DNA from: the human T2T-CHM13v2.0 reference genome, Homo sapiens | Assembly: GCF_009914755.1 (NCBI RefSeq) | Contig: NC_060925.1 | Length of the DNA stretch: 64,000 nucleotides | Strand: one strand, 5' to 3' | Shown here: positions 25,336-37,810 of the stretch, piece by piece | How positions within the stretch are numbered: the first letter of the stretch is position 1 | Layout: every line of letters starts with the position of its first letter | Notes under the pieces: model-generated | The model's input: the letters and a program-made list of their open reading frames with translations, nothing else | What the model was told of the DNA's origin: nothing | Databases searched by the model: none | Position numbers and translations under genes: made by a program

Positions 25336-28300
25336 TGGTTAAGTTTTTATTGATTTGTAAGAACTCTATGTATTGAAGATATTAACAATATTTGTTGCAA
25401 GTAATTTTCTTTTTATCACACTGAATATTAGCTGTTGGTGATGTTGCCCAAACCTCACTTTTTCTCTTTGATGCAAATGACTGGCAAAATAGAGTAACTA
25501 CTTACCTTGTTGTTAACCACCTACTTGAATCCTGGTGTAATTTTCACAATTTGCTTGCTAAGTGTGAAATTAAGCAAGTAAATTAACTTCTCTAACCTCA
25601 CGCTCCTCAATTGCAAAACTAAATGTTTAAAAGATAACTCTGAGATACTTTCCAACCTTTATAAACTATACAGATATTTACTGTATGTTCAGTTTCCTAG
25701 GCACTTTGGAACACCTTTTCATAGCCTTTGTGAAATTAATAATGTATATTCTTCTCTGTAGGGAAGCAGCTCTGATATATTCATTGTATTCTAATAACCA
25801 TAATTATATCATACTACTCTCTATACTTTTCTAAAATGCTGTAAAATATCACAGCTTAAAAAAGCTGTAAGAATCTTAAAGACTATCCTTCAACATCTCA
25901 AACCATCTCATCTGACAAATAAGAGAAATCTGGCTCAAAAAAATTAAGCAAATCGCTCAGGGCCACCCAACTGTGATAGATTAGAATCTGAGTCCTGTCA
26001 TGCTTAATGCAGTGTTGTTTTCACTACACACATTGCCTCTACTTTGGAGCTTCACCATTCTTTTGATTATTATAGTTGCCTTTAATATTTTAATCTTTAT
26101 GTAGTTATATACAAATTATTATTAAAACATATTTAATGTCTCTTTCTATATGTATTTCCAAAGTACTAGGCAGTGTCAGTTTTATAGACTTGACACAGAC
26201 CTTTAAGGAACTTAGACTTTGAAAGAAACTGGTCTACTTTTGGCTTATTCATTGACATTTAAGCCTAACTTTCAGAATTCTAATTTCATTCTGTGAGAAA
26301 ACTCAAGTCAGAATTTATCTTTCTGTTTAGAGAGACTCCTAGACACTTAGGCATGTAATACCTGAATCTAAGAGTGTTAGAATAATTTTGGACAGCTGTA
26401 GAAGTGGATATCCATAGTTTGCCAAAGGGATCCTATGCTGCTATATCTGGTCCTATTTAAACTATAGTAACTTATGCAGCTTGCCAGAGTGAATCCAGAG
26501 ATGGACAAAAAATATGACCCAAAGACAAATGGTGTAAAGGAGCAATTTTGATATGCCTGTCCACTATGTGTCAGGTACTGTGCTGGGAGTTGGGGATACG
26601 GAGATGAAATACATATATCCTTTTCCACTAAGACAGGAATTACAAATATTACTAAAGCATTAGAAAGCAGAAGCATGCATACAGTTAGGTGAAGTTAATC
26701 TATTCAAGACTTCCCATAGGGGTGACACCAAATGAAGTGAGGCTTTTGAAGAATAGAAAGAATTTGTGGAGAAGACTGAAGGAGAAGAGCAGCATGTTTA
26801 AGACAGTATAACTTGGTTGAATGGAGCCCATTTTGGCAAGTAACCACAAAGAAGTGACAGAGATGGGGGCCTAAAAGTATGGAAAATAGAGGGATTATTT
26901 TCCTTTTCACTATAATTTTATCTCAGGAAATGAGAGCATCCAATTACATGAATTCAAATTGAACCAGAATGATTAATAGCAGGTTAAAATATTGCCAAGG
27001 AACATCTATTTAATTGGTAGACTCTACAGGTAATGGAACTGATCTGTCATCTGTGACTTTCTCTCACTTATTTTAGAATAAAAATTTGCTTTGAGATTTG
27101 AGGTTCTCCAAAACCTGTGAAGTGAGGCCAAAATGTACAGTTTGAGCTTCATTAGTTTTTTTTAGGCAAGACAATATTTCCTTTGGGAGATCTCTTTATC
27201 ATAGAAACAATTAACTTAGCATAATAAACAGGACAATAAAAACTCTTCAAATGATTTGAAATAATAAATACTGCAAGATCACCTTTTTGAAGCCTATCTT
27301 ATTCAAAACAACTTTTCAAAACTGTTGGGTTCAGTCTTCTTCCCAGAACCATAGTGACAGTGCAGTCTGATTTGCGACCAGAGGAAATTGCAATGGCCAA
27401 CACGGTAGCTAGGAAATGAAACATTATTTAAACTTCAAGAGTTATGAGAAAACGTGCATTTTTGGCATCCTATTACTGATATATGGCACTCCACTTATAA
27501 AAGTATACAATTCATAAAACCCTCAACAAAAACACATAGATCTATGTATAATTCAAGATACATAAAGGTATATAGTGATAAACTGGAAAACACAATATTA
27601 GTGCAACAGTTTTTTGTGCATTGTCAATGCAATAAGTTTGTTATCTAGAAATTTTAGGAAACTCTTTCATCCTATACTCATGTTCTTCTTATTCTCTATT
27701 GCCCTTTTCAGAACATTATTTTTCCCATCCAAAGGTTTTCTTAAACCTTAAAGTTTATGTTACTTCTGTATATAATCCTCAATGTCTCATTTTTGTTTCA
27801 TCTGTCAGCTCCTTTTTCTATATAAAGGCTTTACTATTTGACTCAAGATTTTCTTCTCCATCCCCAAGTCTTACCACAATTCCAGTGATTTTAAACTCCC
27901 TCTTGATCCGTCCAGTACTCTGGCCTCCAAGTTTATTCACTTTTATATTTCCAGGGACTTTTACCTCTTCATTAGACATCCAGAGAAATTTATGGGCTAT
28001 GCCCTGGACTTATTCATTAACTAGAGCTTTCCAGTTCTACAATCTTCTTCATTTTTTATTACATTTCTGTGCTTCTTTCATTTCACTTACATAGTTTAGG
28101 TTTTGCACAGATATCTGCAGTCATTAGACCCGTCTTTCTCTTCTTGTCTTCATTTTCTGTCTTGATTAGTTTGTACTAGTTGGTTCATCATTATACAAAT
28201 CTCTTATTAATACTCAAATCTCTTGATCAACTATTCTTCTGTATAGCAAACTCTAAGTAAATCAAAGTATCTGCCTTTTCCAAACCTATGTAGTTAAATA

Positions 28301-28419
28301 CGATGACTACTACTACCACCACTACTACTACTACACACCCAAGTGCACACACACACAGGTGCTATCACAAGTTAATGATAAACAGTCTAAACTGGACATT
28401 CAAGTATTCCTTGAAATTT

Positions 28420-30330
28420 TTTATGTTTAACTTTTCAGCTCTCAATATTCTCATTCTTCACTATTTTCAATTTTTCTCTATCTCAAGCCCTAGATCTGAC
28501 CATTTTTCCCTCACTCTCAGCCAATACCTTTGTCTCCTACTTTCCAGAGAAAACAGAAGTCTATAGATGGGAACATACCCAGCTTCCAATTACTTTATTT
28601 TCTCTTAAAAAAAAGAAAAAAAAAAAACAGGATACATGTGCAGAACATGCAGGTTTGTTACATAGGTACACGTGTGCCATAGTGGTTTGCTGCACCTATT
28701 GACCCATCCTCTAAGTTCCCTTCCCCCCCTGCTCACACCCCAACAGGCCCTGGTGTGTGCTGTTCCCCTCTCTATGTCCACGTGTTCTCAATGTTCAACT
28801 CCCACTTATGAGTGAGAACATGCATTGTTTGGTTTTCTGTTCCTGCATTAGTTTGCTGAGGATGATGGCTTCCAGCTTCATCCATGTCCCTGCAAAGAAC
28901 ATGATCCCATTCCTTTTTATGGCTGCATAGTATTCCATGGTGTATATATACCACATTTTCTTTATCCAGCCTAACACTGATGGGCATTTGGGTTGGTTCC
29001 ATATCTTTGCTATTGTAAATAATGCTGCAGTAAACAAATGTGTGCATGTGTCTTTATAGTAGAATGATTTATATTCATCTGGGTATATGCCCAGTAATGG
29101 GATTGCTGGGTCAAATGCTATTTCTGGTTCTAGATCCTTGAGGAATCGCCACACTGTCTTCTACAATGGTTGAACTAATTTACATTCCCACCAACAGTGT
29201 AAAAGTGTTCCTATCTCTCCACAGCCTCACCAGCATCTATTGTTTCCTGACTTTTTAAAAATCGACATTCTGACTGGTGTGAGATGGTATCTCATTGTGG
29301 TTTTGACTTGCATTTCTCTGATGATCAATGATGTTGAGCTTTATTTCATGTGTGTTGGCTGCGTAAATATCTTCTTTTGAGAAGTGTCTGTTCATATCCT
29401 TTGACCACTTTTTGATGGGGTTGTTTTTTTCTTGTAAATACGTGTAAGTTCCTTGTAAATTCTGGATATTAGGCCAATTACTTTCAAAGTTAGTTCAATC
29501 CATACCCATTCTGTGTTTTATATTAGAATTGCTTGTCTTCCTATCTAAAGTTAATTTTCCCCATCTCTGAATTTTATGCCTCACTGCCTACATACAAATT
29601 CAGTTAATTCTACATCTTAAGTGTTTCTCAAATCCATTCATTGCCTCTTTAATGATGAACTCTACCCTAATTAAAGTCATTACCGTGACTCTCCTCTACT
29701 GCTCCATCAGACTCATCTCTGTTTCTCATATTTCATTGTCATCTTAGCCCCCTTCAGTTTATTTTCCCCACAGTAGCAAAAGTACATTTTCTAAAATTCA
29801 GAACTAATCATATCACTTACCTGCCTAAAATCATAAAATGGCTCCTTCTCACCCCTGGGATAAAATTCCAACTCCTTAATATAGTGCTTAAGATTCTTCA
29901 TAATATTTGACTACCTATCATCTTTACATGATCATTCAAGTCACTATGCCTTATAATCTACATTGCAGCCAATATTAACCCATTTTTTCTCAGATCCACC
30001 AATCTCTCTCTCATCTCCAAGTCCTCATACATGTTATTTTCTCTGCCAGGAAAACTCTCCCTCTTGTCTGACTCCCTGTAAGTATTTCTTTCAGGTATTA
30101 ACTTAATAACATTCTTTAAGATATCAGTCTAATGACATGTTTATAGAAAATCTTTACTGATTCTCTCAAGTCTGGCTTTTATGCCGCTCCTGTAAGCTTC
30201 AGAGTTCCTCACAAGTGCATTTATTATACTTTCTTATCACATTCTATTGTAATAGTTTATCACATGTGCACTTATCACATTCTATTGTAATAGTTTATTT
30301 ACATATCCAGTTTATCCCACTAGCTCCTTA
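28420..30330 (+). mobile_element. L2 LINE remnant, interrupted by L1PA8
   Basis: C/T-rich L2 motifs (CTCCTACTTTCCAGAGAAAACAGAAG, ATAAAATTCCAACTCCTTA); boundaries approximate. Confidence 0.55.
28597..29473 (-). mobile_element. 5'-truncated L1PA8-like 3' end
   Basis: ORF2 C-terminus WRFLKDLEPEIAFDPAIPLLGIYP; perfect 11-bp TSD CCAATTACTTT at 28586-28596 and 29474-29484. Confidence 0.92.
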
Positions 30331-30367
30331 AAACCGGGAGATTGTGAATCTTCTTCACCACTCTTAC

Positions 30368-30898
30368 AGTACTCCACTGTAGCAGTTCTTCTCTAGTACC
30401 TCTATATAGTACTCCACTATAGCACTTCCTCTCTAGTACCTCTATATAGTATAGCACTTCTTCTCTACTATCTCTACATAATACTCCACTATAGCACTTC
30501 TTCTCTAGTATCTCTACATAATACTCCACTATAGCACTTCTTCTCTAGTATCTCTACATAATACTCCACTATAGCACTTCTTCTCTAGTATTTCGATATA
30601 GTACTCCACTGTAGCACTTCTTCTCTAGTATCTCTATATAGTACTCCACTATAGCACTTCTCTAGTATCTCTATACAGTACTCCACTATAGCACTTCTTC
30701 TCTAGTATCTCTATATAGTACTCCACTATAGCACTTCTTTAGTATCTCTATATAGTACTTCACTATAGTACTTTTTCTGTGGTATCTCTATATAGTACTC
30801 CACTATAGCACTTCTTCTCTGGTGTCTCTATATACCACTTCATTTCTTCTCTATTATCTCAATATAGTACTCCACTATAGCACTACTTCTCTAGTATC
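30368..30898. repeat. 40-bp minisatellite (AGTACTCCACTATAGCACTTCTTCTCTAGTATCTCTATAT), ~13-14 copies with shortened variants
   Basis: Tandem units read directly. Confidence 0.95.
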
Positions 30899-31566
30899 TT
30901 TTGCTTTCACCTGTCAGCTACTATTATGCCAGAATACAATTCTGGATGAAAAAGTCTTCTTATTCTGGATGTCAGGCCTGAAAAGAAAAAAAGCATTGTA
31001 ATTTTCTCTCTCTGACTTCTTTTTAAATAAAGTATACCTGGGCTTCCAGAGAAACATGTGGTCCAGTTATTTTTGATATTGCCAAACTTGCTCTATTGTA
31101 AGGCATGAAGAACAGGGCATTTTATGCCATTTTTAAAGGCCTTGCAGAACATTTTTGAAAAAAGATAAAAAAGTAACTTCGGATTCATAAAAGATTAACA
31201 TAAAAAATTTTTGGAACAGGCAAAAAATAAGTGCTAAATGGTTACACTTAGTTTGCATTTCACAAACCATTGAAATTGGTTTTCCAAACAAATCATTATA
31301 TGAAAGGATGGATAGCTAGATAGGTTCATTGTTTTTTTTTTATATATATCTCTGAACTGACTGTCCAAAAAGACTTGTTAAGAAGGAACTTACTAATCAC
31401 TTATTACATATTACCCTAATGCTATGCCTTCAGTATTATAATTATCAGGGTCTGTATTTGGCATATTTTAAAGTCAGATTTACCATTGATTGTTTTCTCC
31501 CTTCAAGCTAATATTTGCTAGCATTTAATAAATGCTTACTATTTGCCAGGCACAATGCTACGTGCC

Positions 31567-31787
31567 ATATATATATATACACACACACATACATATGTGT
31601 GTATATACACACACATGTGTATGTATATCTCTATATAGTACTCTATACAGTACTCTCTATATAGTACTCTCTATAGTACTCTATAGTACTCTATATAGTA
31701 TATCTCTATATAGTACTCTATATAGTATATCTCTATATAGTATGTGTGTATATATATATACACACACACATATACACACACATATAT
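31567..31787. repeat. Compound (TA)/(CA)/(TG) tract with a central CTCTATATAGTA 10-14-bp array
   Basis: Seen directly. Confidence 0.9.
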
Positions 31788-31829
31788 GAATACTTCTAAA
31801 TTCTTATTCTTGGACCTATAATGTTGGTA

Positions 31830-34715
31830 CTATATCCTTTTCTCTAGGGTTTACATAACAATGCACCACAAACCAGGTGGCTTAAACAACAGAGATTTAT
31901 TATCTCACTGTTCTGCAGGCTAAAAGAAGTTCAAAGTCAAGGTGTCGGCAGGGGCACGTTCTCTCTGAAGGCTGTGGCAGAAGACCTTCCTTGCATGTTC
32001 CTAGTTTCTAGTGATGGTGTTGGTCCTTGGTGTTCCTTGGCTTGTAGATGCATTACCTTCATCTCTACCTCCATTGTTACATGACATCTTCCTTGTGCGT
32101 CTGCTTTGTCCACTCCTTTCTTCATACCAGGACATTAGTCTGGTTGGATTAAAGGCCCACAAAGACCCTATTTCCAAATAAGGTTACATTAAGTTAATTA
32201 CCAGGGGTTAGAACTTTGTCTTAGTTCATTTTCTGCTGCTCTAACAGAATACCATAGACTGGGCAATTTGTAAGGAAAAGAAATTTATTTCTGTTTTGAG
32301 AAGCTAGAAAGTCCAGGAGCATGATGACACCAGCACAATGTGAGAGTCATCCCATGCAGAAAGCATCACATGGATATGAGAAAAGAGAATACTCCTATCC
32401 TATTACTTAATTACTTATTATCCTATTACTTATCCTGTTACTTAATCCATGTAACAACACACTCTCATGATAACTAACCTGTTCCCACTTTAATGACATT
32501 AATTCATTCTTTAGGGCTTTTTCCTCATGACCTAATCAATATTATTAGGTTCCACCTCCCAATACTACTTCCTAAGGGATTAAGTTTCCAATGCATAAGC
32601 TTTTGGGGGAACATATTTAAACCATAGCATTCCACTCTGGCTTCAAACTTCATGTCCTTCTCACAGTGCAAAATACAATCAATCCATCCCTATGGTCTCA
32701 AAAGGCTTAACTCATTTCAGCATTAACTCAAAATTCTAAAGTCCAGAATCTCATTTTAAATCAGACATGGCTGAGACTCTAAGTGCAATTCATCCTGATG
32801 CAAATTCCTCCAGCTTTGAGCCTGTAAAATCAAAACAGTGTACTTGATTCTAAAATACAATGATGGGACAGGCATAGTGTAGACATTCCCATTCCATAAG
32901 GGAGAAATAGGTTAGAAAAGAGGGGTAACTGATCCCAAGTAAGTCTAAAACACAACAGGTCAAACAACACTAAATCTGAAGGTTCCAGAATAATCTTCCT
33001 TGACTCTACATTCATCTTGCTGGACACCCTGGGTTGAGGAGGGAGTTGAGCCCCCAAAGCTTCAGACAGCCCTACACTATGGCTGTGCTGGTCTCATTCC
33101 ACGCTTCAGTGCTCTTGCATTGGAGTCTCACGGCTGCAGCTTTCCCAGGCTAGAGTTGCATGCTGAGACCCCTACAGTTCTTTGGTCTTCGGAGTGGCCC
33201 CACTTCCATGGTCTCACTACGATTTGTCCTCGTAGGGAACCTCTGCCGCAGCTCTGCTCCTGAAACAGTTTTCTAGCTGGGCCCTTAGGCTCTCTGTGAC
33301 ATCCTTTGAAATCTACATGGAGGAACCCATGTCCCTATAGCTGTTGCATTCTGTGCATATGCAGAATTAGCACCACATGGATGCTGTCAAGGTTTCTGGC
33401 TTGTATGTTCTGAAGTGGCAGGTTGAGCTGCACATGGGGCCACTTAATCCATGGCTGGGGCAGGTGAAGAGTGCTGTGCCAGAATGCAGGGAGCAGAGAC
33501 CTGAAGTGGATCTGGGAAGCAAGTCCCCTAAACAATTCTGCTCCTCTAGAGCCTGGGCCTGTGATAGAAGGGAAAACTTTGAAGGTATCTGAAATGCCTG
33601 CAATGTCTTTTTACCATTATCTTGATAATCCCTGTATTAGTACTAATCTCCTTAGCAAATCGTTGTGGGGCCATGACTTTGGTTTTCTCTCCTGAAAATT
33701 CTTTCATTCTCTAACACAGACTGAGTTTTCCAAATCTTTCTGTTGTATTTTCTTTTAGATTATAAATTCCATCTATAAGTCATTTCTTTCCTCTTACATC
33801 TTACTGTAAGTGATGAAAAGTAGACACACAGACTGAATCCTTCATTGCTTAGATATTTCTTTTGCTAGATATGCTAGCTCATTACTCTTAAATTCCACCT
33901 TTCATTAAGCCTCCAGGCATGAACACAGTTCAGCCAAGTTCTTTGCTACTTTATAGTAAGGATGGCCTTTACTCCAGTTTCTGATAAGGTATTCCTTATT
34001 TCTGTCTGAGACTTCATCAGAATATCCTTTACTGACCATATTTCTATCAACATTCTAATCATGACCACTTGAGTGATCTCTAAGGAATTCTAGACTTTCC
34101 TGGCACTTCTTGTCTTCTTCACAGTCCTCACAAGAATTACCCCTAATGCTCCATTAATGGCAATCTAGGATTCTTCTAATCTGCTCTTTCAAATTCTTCC
34201 AACCTCTGCTCATTACACAGTTCCAAAGCCACTTCCACATTATCAGTTATTATTATAGCAATATCTCTCCTCCCAGTACGAATTATCTGTCTTAGTCCAT
34301 TTTCTGCTGCTGTAATGGAATATCACAAACTGAGAAATTTATTTAAAAAGAAATTTTTTTTCACAGAATGGGAGAGGGAAGTCCTGGAGCATGGTGCCAG
34401 CACCTGGAAAGGGTCATGCCATGGCGGAAGGCATCATTGGTGAGTGAGGGTGCAAGACAGAGAGAGACACCAAGGGCCAGACTCACTTTATAACAACTCA
34501 GTCTCATGATAACTAATCCACTCCCATGATAATGACATTTATCCATTCTTGAGGGCTTCATCCTCATGACCAAATGACCTCTTGTTATGCTCCATGTCTC
34601 AATACTATCTCAACGGGGATTAAGTTTCCAACACATAAACTTTTTGGGGACACATTAAAACCATAGCAGCCTTCAACATATTTTTTAGGAGTGGGGCACA
34701 ATTCAACCCACAACA
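31830..34715 (-). mobile_element. MLT1C-like LTR split by an MST provirus (pieces ~31830-32216 and 34669-34715)
   Basis: CACAAACCAGGTGGCTTAAACAACAGA...GGGGTTAGAACTT | CAACATA...CACAATTCAACCCACAACA. Confidence 0.8.
32217..34668 (-). mobile_element. Complete MaLR element (MSTC/MSTD-like): LTR 32217-32629, internal, LTR 34288-34668
   Basis: Two homologous LTRs TGTCTTAGT(T/C)CATTTTCTGCTGCT...AACCATAGCA flanking ~1.65 kb of MST-int; degenerate TSD AACTT/GCCTT. Confidence 0.88.
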
Positions 34716-34777
34716 CTAGTCAAACTTCAGTATCTTCACTCAACTTTTCTTCGGCTTTTTGAAAGTCTTTCCTTCTC

Positions 34778-36634
34778 AGTGCCATTCCACCCTTGGCCCC
34801 ACTGCTGGCTCCACTACTACCTCTGCACCACAATTCATGTGGTAGCTTCCTCTGAGCTCACGTGGCTATCACCTCTGAGCAGAAGATGGCTGTGCTGCCC
34901 ACATGTGCTGATCTTGACAAACCTGCCAGGGATGTTTTCACCAAGGGCTATGGATTTGGCCTAATAAAGCTTGATTTGAAAGAAAATTCTGAGAATGGAT
35001 TGGAATTTACAAGCTCAGCTTCAGTCAACACCGAGACCACCAAAGTGAAGGGCAGTCTGGAAACCAAGTACAGACAGACAGACCATGGCCTGATGTTTAC
35101 AGAGAAATGGAACACTGACAATACACTAGGCACTGAGATTACCATGAAGAATAACACACATGGACTGAAGCTGACCTTTGATTCATCCTACTCACTGGGG
35201 AAGAAAAAGTAAAGCTGACCTTTGACTCTTCCTAACCTGGAGACAAAAATGCTAAAATCAAGACAGAATATTTGTGGTAGCACATCAACCTGAGCTGTGA
35301 CATGCATTTTGAAATTGCTGAGCCTTCAATCAGAGGCTTTCTGGTGCTGTGTACAAGGGTTGGCTGGCTGGCTACCAGATGAATTTTGAGACTGCAAAGT
35401 CCCAAGGGACCCAGAGCAACTTTGTGGTTAGCTAGAAGACTGATGAATTCCAGCTTCACACTAATGTGAATGACGGGATAGTGTTTGGTGGCTCCATTTA
35501 CCAGAAAATGAAAAGGAAGTTGAGAGCACTGTGAATCTTGGCTGGACAGCAGAAAAATGTAAAACTTGCTTTGAAATAGCAGCCAAGTATCAGATCAACC
35601 CTGATGCTTGCTTTTTGGATAAACTGAACAACTTCAGCCTGTTAGGTTTAGGATATATTCAGACCCTAAAGCCAGGTATCAGACTGACACTGTCAGCTTT
35701 CCTGTATGGTAAGAACGTTCAGGCTCACAAGCTTGATCTAAGACTGGAATTTCAAGTGTAAGTGCATGCTGTATAGTTGTCTAATTTAAAATTGTTTTGC
35801 AGCATAAGTATCTTCATAATTTAATGTATCTTTTAATGTCATATTTCTGGGATGCAGGTATTGCTAAATATCATCTTAGGCCTCTGGATTAAAAATGATT
35901 CAGCTTTAAGGTATTACCCTTTCAAAGGTACAGAAGAAACTCAATTCCAAAAGAAGGTCTTTTCGGCTGCAGAATTGGAGGGAACTTGGCTTTTGTAGAA
36001 ATGCCAGATTTATTTTTTATGTAGAAATGTTTGCAAATGGAAGCTGACAATATAGAGGCACTTTGTAAATTCATAGTGAGTAAATGAATAAAATTATGGT
36101 TTCCTAAGAAGCAAACCTTGGTTTCTTAACCCTAATAGATGAGAGGCTCATTGGTTGATGGTGTGTACGAACTCACCTGAAAGGGACTTTTTTAGACAGA
36201 TATTCATGACCCTTTCCCCATCTCAGTTCATCATCACCTCTTTTACACCAAAAGGTCTGCAGGATGTGGTAACTGTTTATTTTGGCCATTTAGGAGTAGA
36301 GAGGATGAATGTGATGAAGCCAGTAATTCAGGACTTAATTCCTTCTCGTGTTGTGGTTTTTTGCCCTTGCACCAGAATATGAAATAGCTTCCAGGAGCTC
36401 CAGCTATAAGCTTGGAAGAGTCTGTGTGATTTTAATCACATGGTAACAATACTCAGAATCTAAATTGAATTTCTGTTGTATTGTCACCACTCCATTTATT
36501 TTTTAGTAGTTTAATGGGTATATTTTAAAGTCTTCCATTTTTTGTGGAATTAAATCCTCCCCTTCAAATGTTGCAATTGACATTACTTAAAATAAAACTT
36601 GAACATAATATTGAAACCTAAAAAAGAAGAGAGA
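34778..36634 (+). pseudogene. VDAC1P: Full-length processed VDAC1 pseudogene (5'UTR, disrupted CDS 34886-35761, 3'UTR, polyA remnant)
   Basis: [32 protein letters not shown]...[13 protein letters not shown]...[10 protein letters not shown]; intronless with stops and frameshifts; AATAAA 36591-36596; degenerate 17-bp TSD GAAAGTCTTTCCTTCTC (34761) / GAAGGTTTTTCCCTCTC (36635). Pseudogene number cannot be determined from sequence alone. Confidence 0.96.
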
Positions 36635-37394
36635 GAAGGTTTTTCCCTCTCTGCCATCTTCCCATTCCTGTTCCTACTTCCCAGCTTTATGCTATGTCCT
36701 ATTCACACAGAGTAACATACTCTATAATCAAACTCTTTTCTGGGAAATCTAATTAAAAATTCATGCTAAAGAATTACTTTTACCCAAAACAACAATTAAG
36801 ACAAAGTTTTAGTATTTTATTCAGTGCTTTAATTACAAGGGAGTAGTTAATCAAAATTAACCAAAGATAAATTTATCTGACCCACTATTTTATGTTAATA
36901 TTCTATAGGAATGACTTTCATAGGTCAAATACAAATAAAGAACTATATATTTATGTCTCACCACAATGAAAAGTTGTTACAATAATCAGAATTTCAAAAA
37001 GCCACACAGGCTGGTTTGAGAGCTCTCATATAGTGCATTCTGATTCCTTTTTACACAATCAAATGAAAGATTAGCTCATATAGGTTTATACCAGGCAACT
37101 AGATATAATAATGTAGATCTCTTAGAAAATAATCACCTGTTTTTAAAATTTGGGGAATATCCTACACTCCCTGATATTAGAGGGAGAAACTACAGTTTCT
37201 TAATCCATTTTCAAAGTTTTAATTCATTTTTGTGGACCAAGTAATAAGCCAGTCCCTCTAACAACATTGGGTTGGTAATATCTCAAGCCAAAACAAAGTA
37301 GTCTTACAAAGAATATTAGAAAAATTGCAAACATACATAAGCAGTTTAAGTTGCTAAACTATTACTATAATTCTGCCTTGAAATTGAATCAAGC

Positions 37395-37795
37395 TAACTT
37401 CTGGCCATATTGGAGTAACAGCTAATGGATTTACCTTCTTCTCCATAAACTGGAAAAATTAAATAAATAAGAATTTTAATACACTATATAGCAGGTAGCA
37501 TTGGATTATAATCTCTAAGGAAAGGGAAACAAAGTAAGCCCTATGATTGACGTAGCTTCCTGCCTAGAGGTGCTTTCCTGGCAGCAGCACTGAGAGTCCA
37601 ACACTTGGGATTGCCAAATAGAGCTTGGCCATCCTGCTGAGTTTCTGATAGAGGTCAGAATTCAAGGAGCTCAGGTTTAATAGAATGTATGGGCAGGCTA
37701 TCAGAGAGAAGGAAGCCACAGAGAGGTATAGCTCCAGTGATCTCCACAAGTATTCCTTCAGGTCTTTTGTCTGAGTAGTGATCTGAAAATACTTT
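37395..37795 (+). mobile_element. Old L1M (L1MC/MD-like) 5' end, resuming at ~45824-45945 after the L1MA insertion
   Basis: ACTTCTGGCCATATTGGAGTAACAG start; sequence resumes AAGCCAGGGAAGAG after the right TSD. Confidence 0.55.
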
Positions 37796-37810
37796 AAAAG
37801 AAACATTGTG

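Noticed and set aside
27330-27500. Segment with several CpGs that might be an exon or old DNA transposon
   Set aside because: No convincing reading frame with splice sites and no repeat family I can identify
27699-28094. 131-aa hydrophobic ORF
   Set aside because: TTG start, T-rich compositional bias and no recognisable family; adjacent to decayed L2
30368-30898. Regular ~40-bp periodicity resembling a CRISPR array
   Set aside because: Units are head-to-tail with no unique spacers, there are no cas genes and the context is primate; it is a minisatellite
34862-35761. VDAC1-like ORFs as a functional retrogene
   Set aside because: Stop at 35210-35212, further stops and frameshifts, and many substitutions at conserved residues
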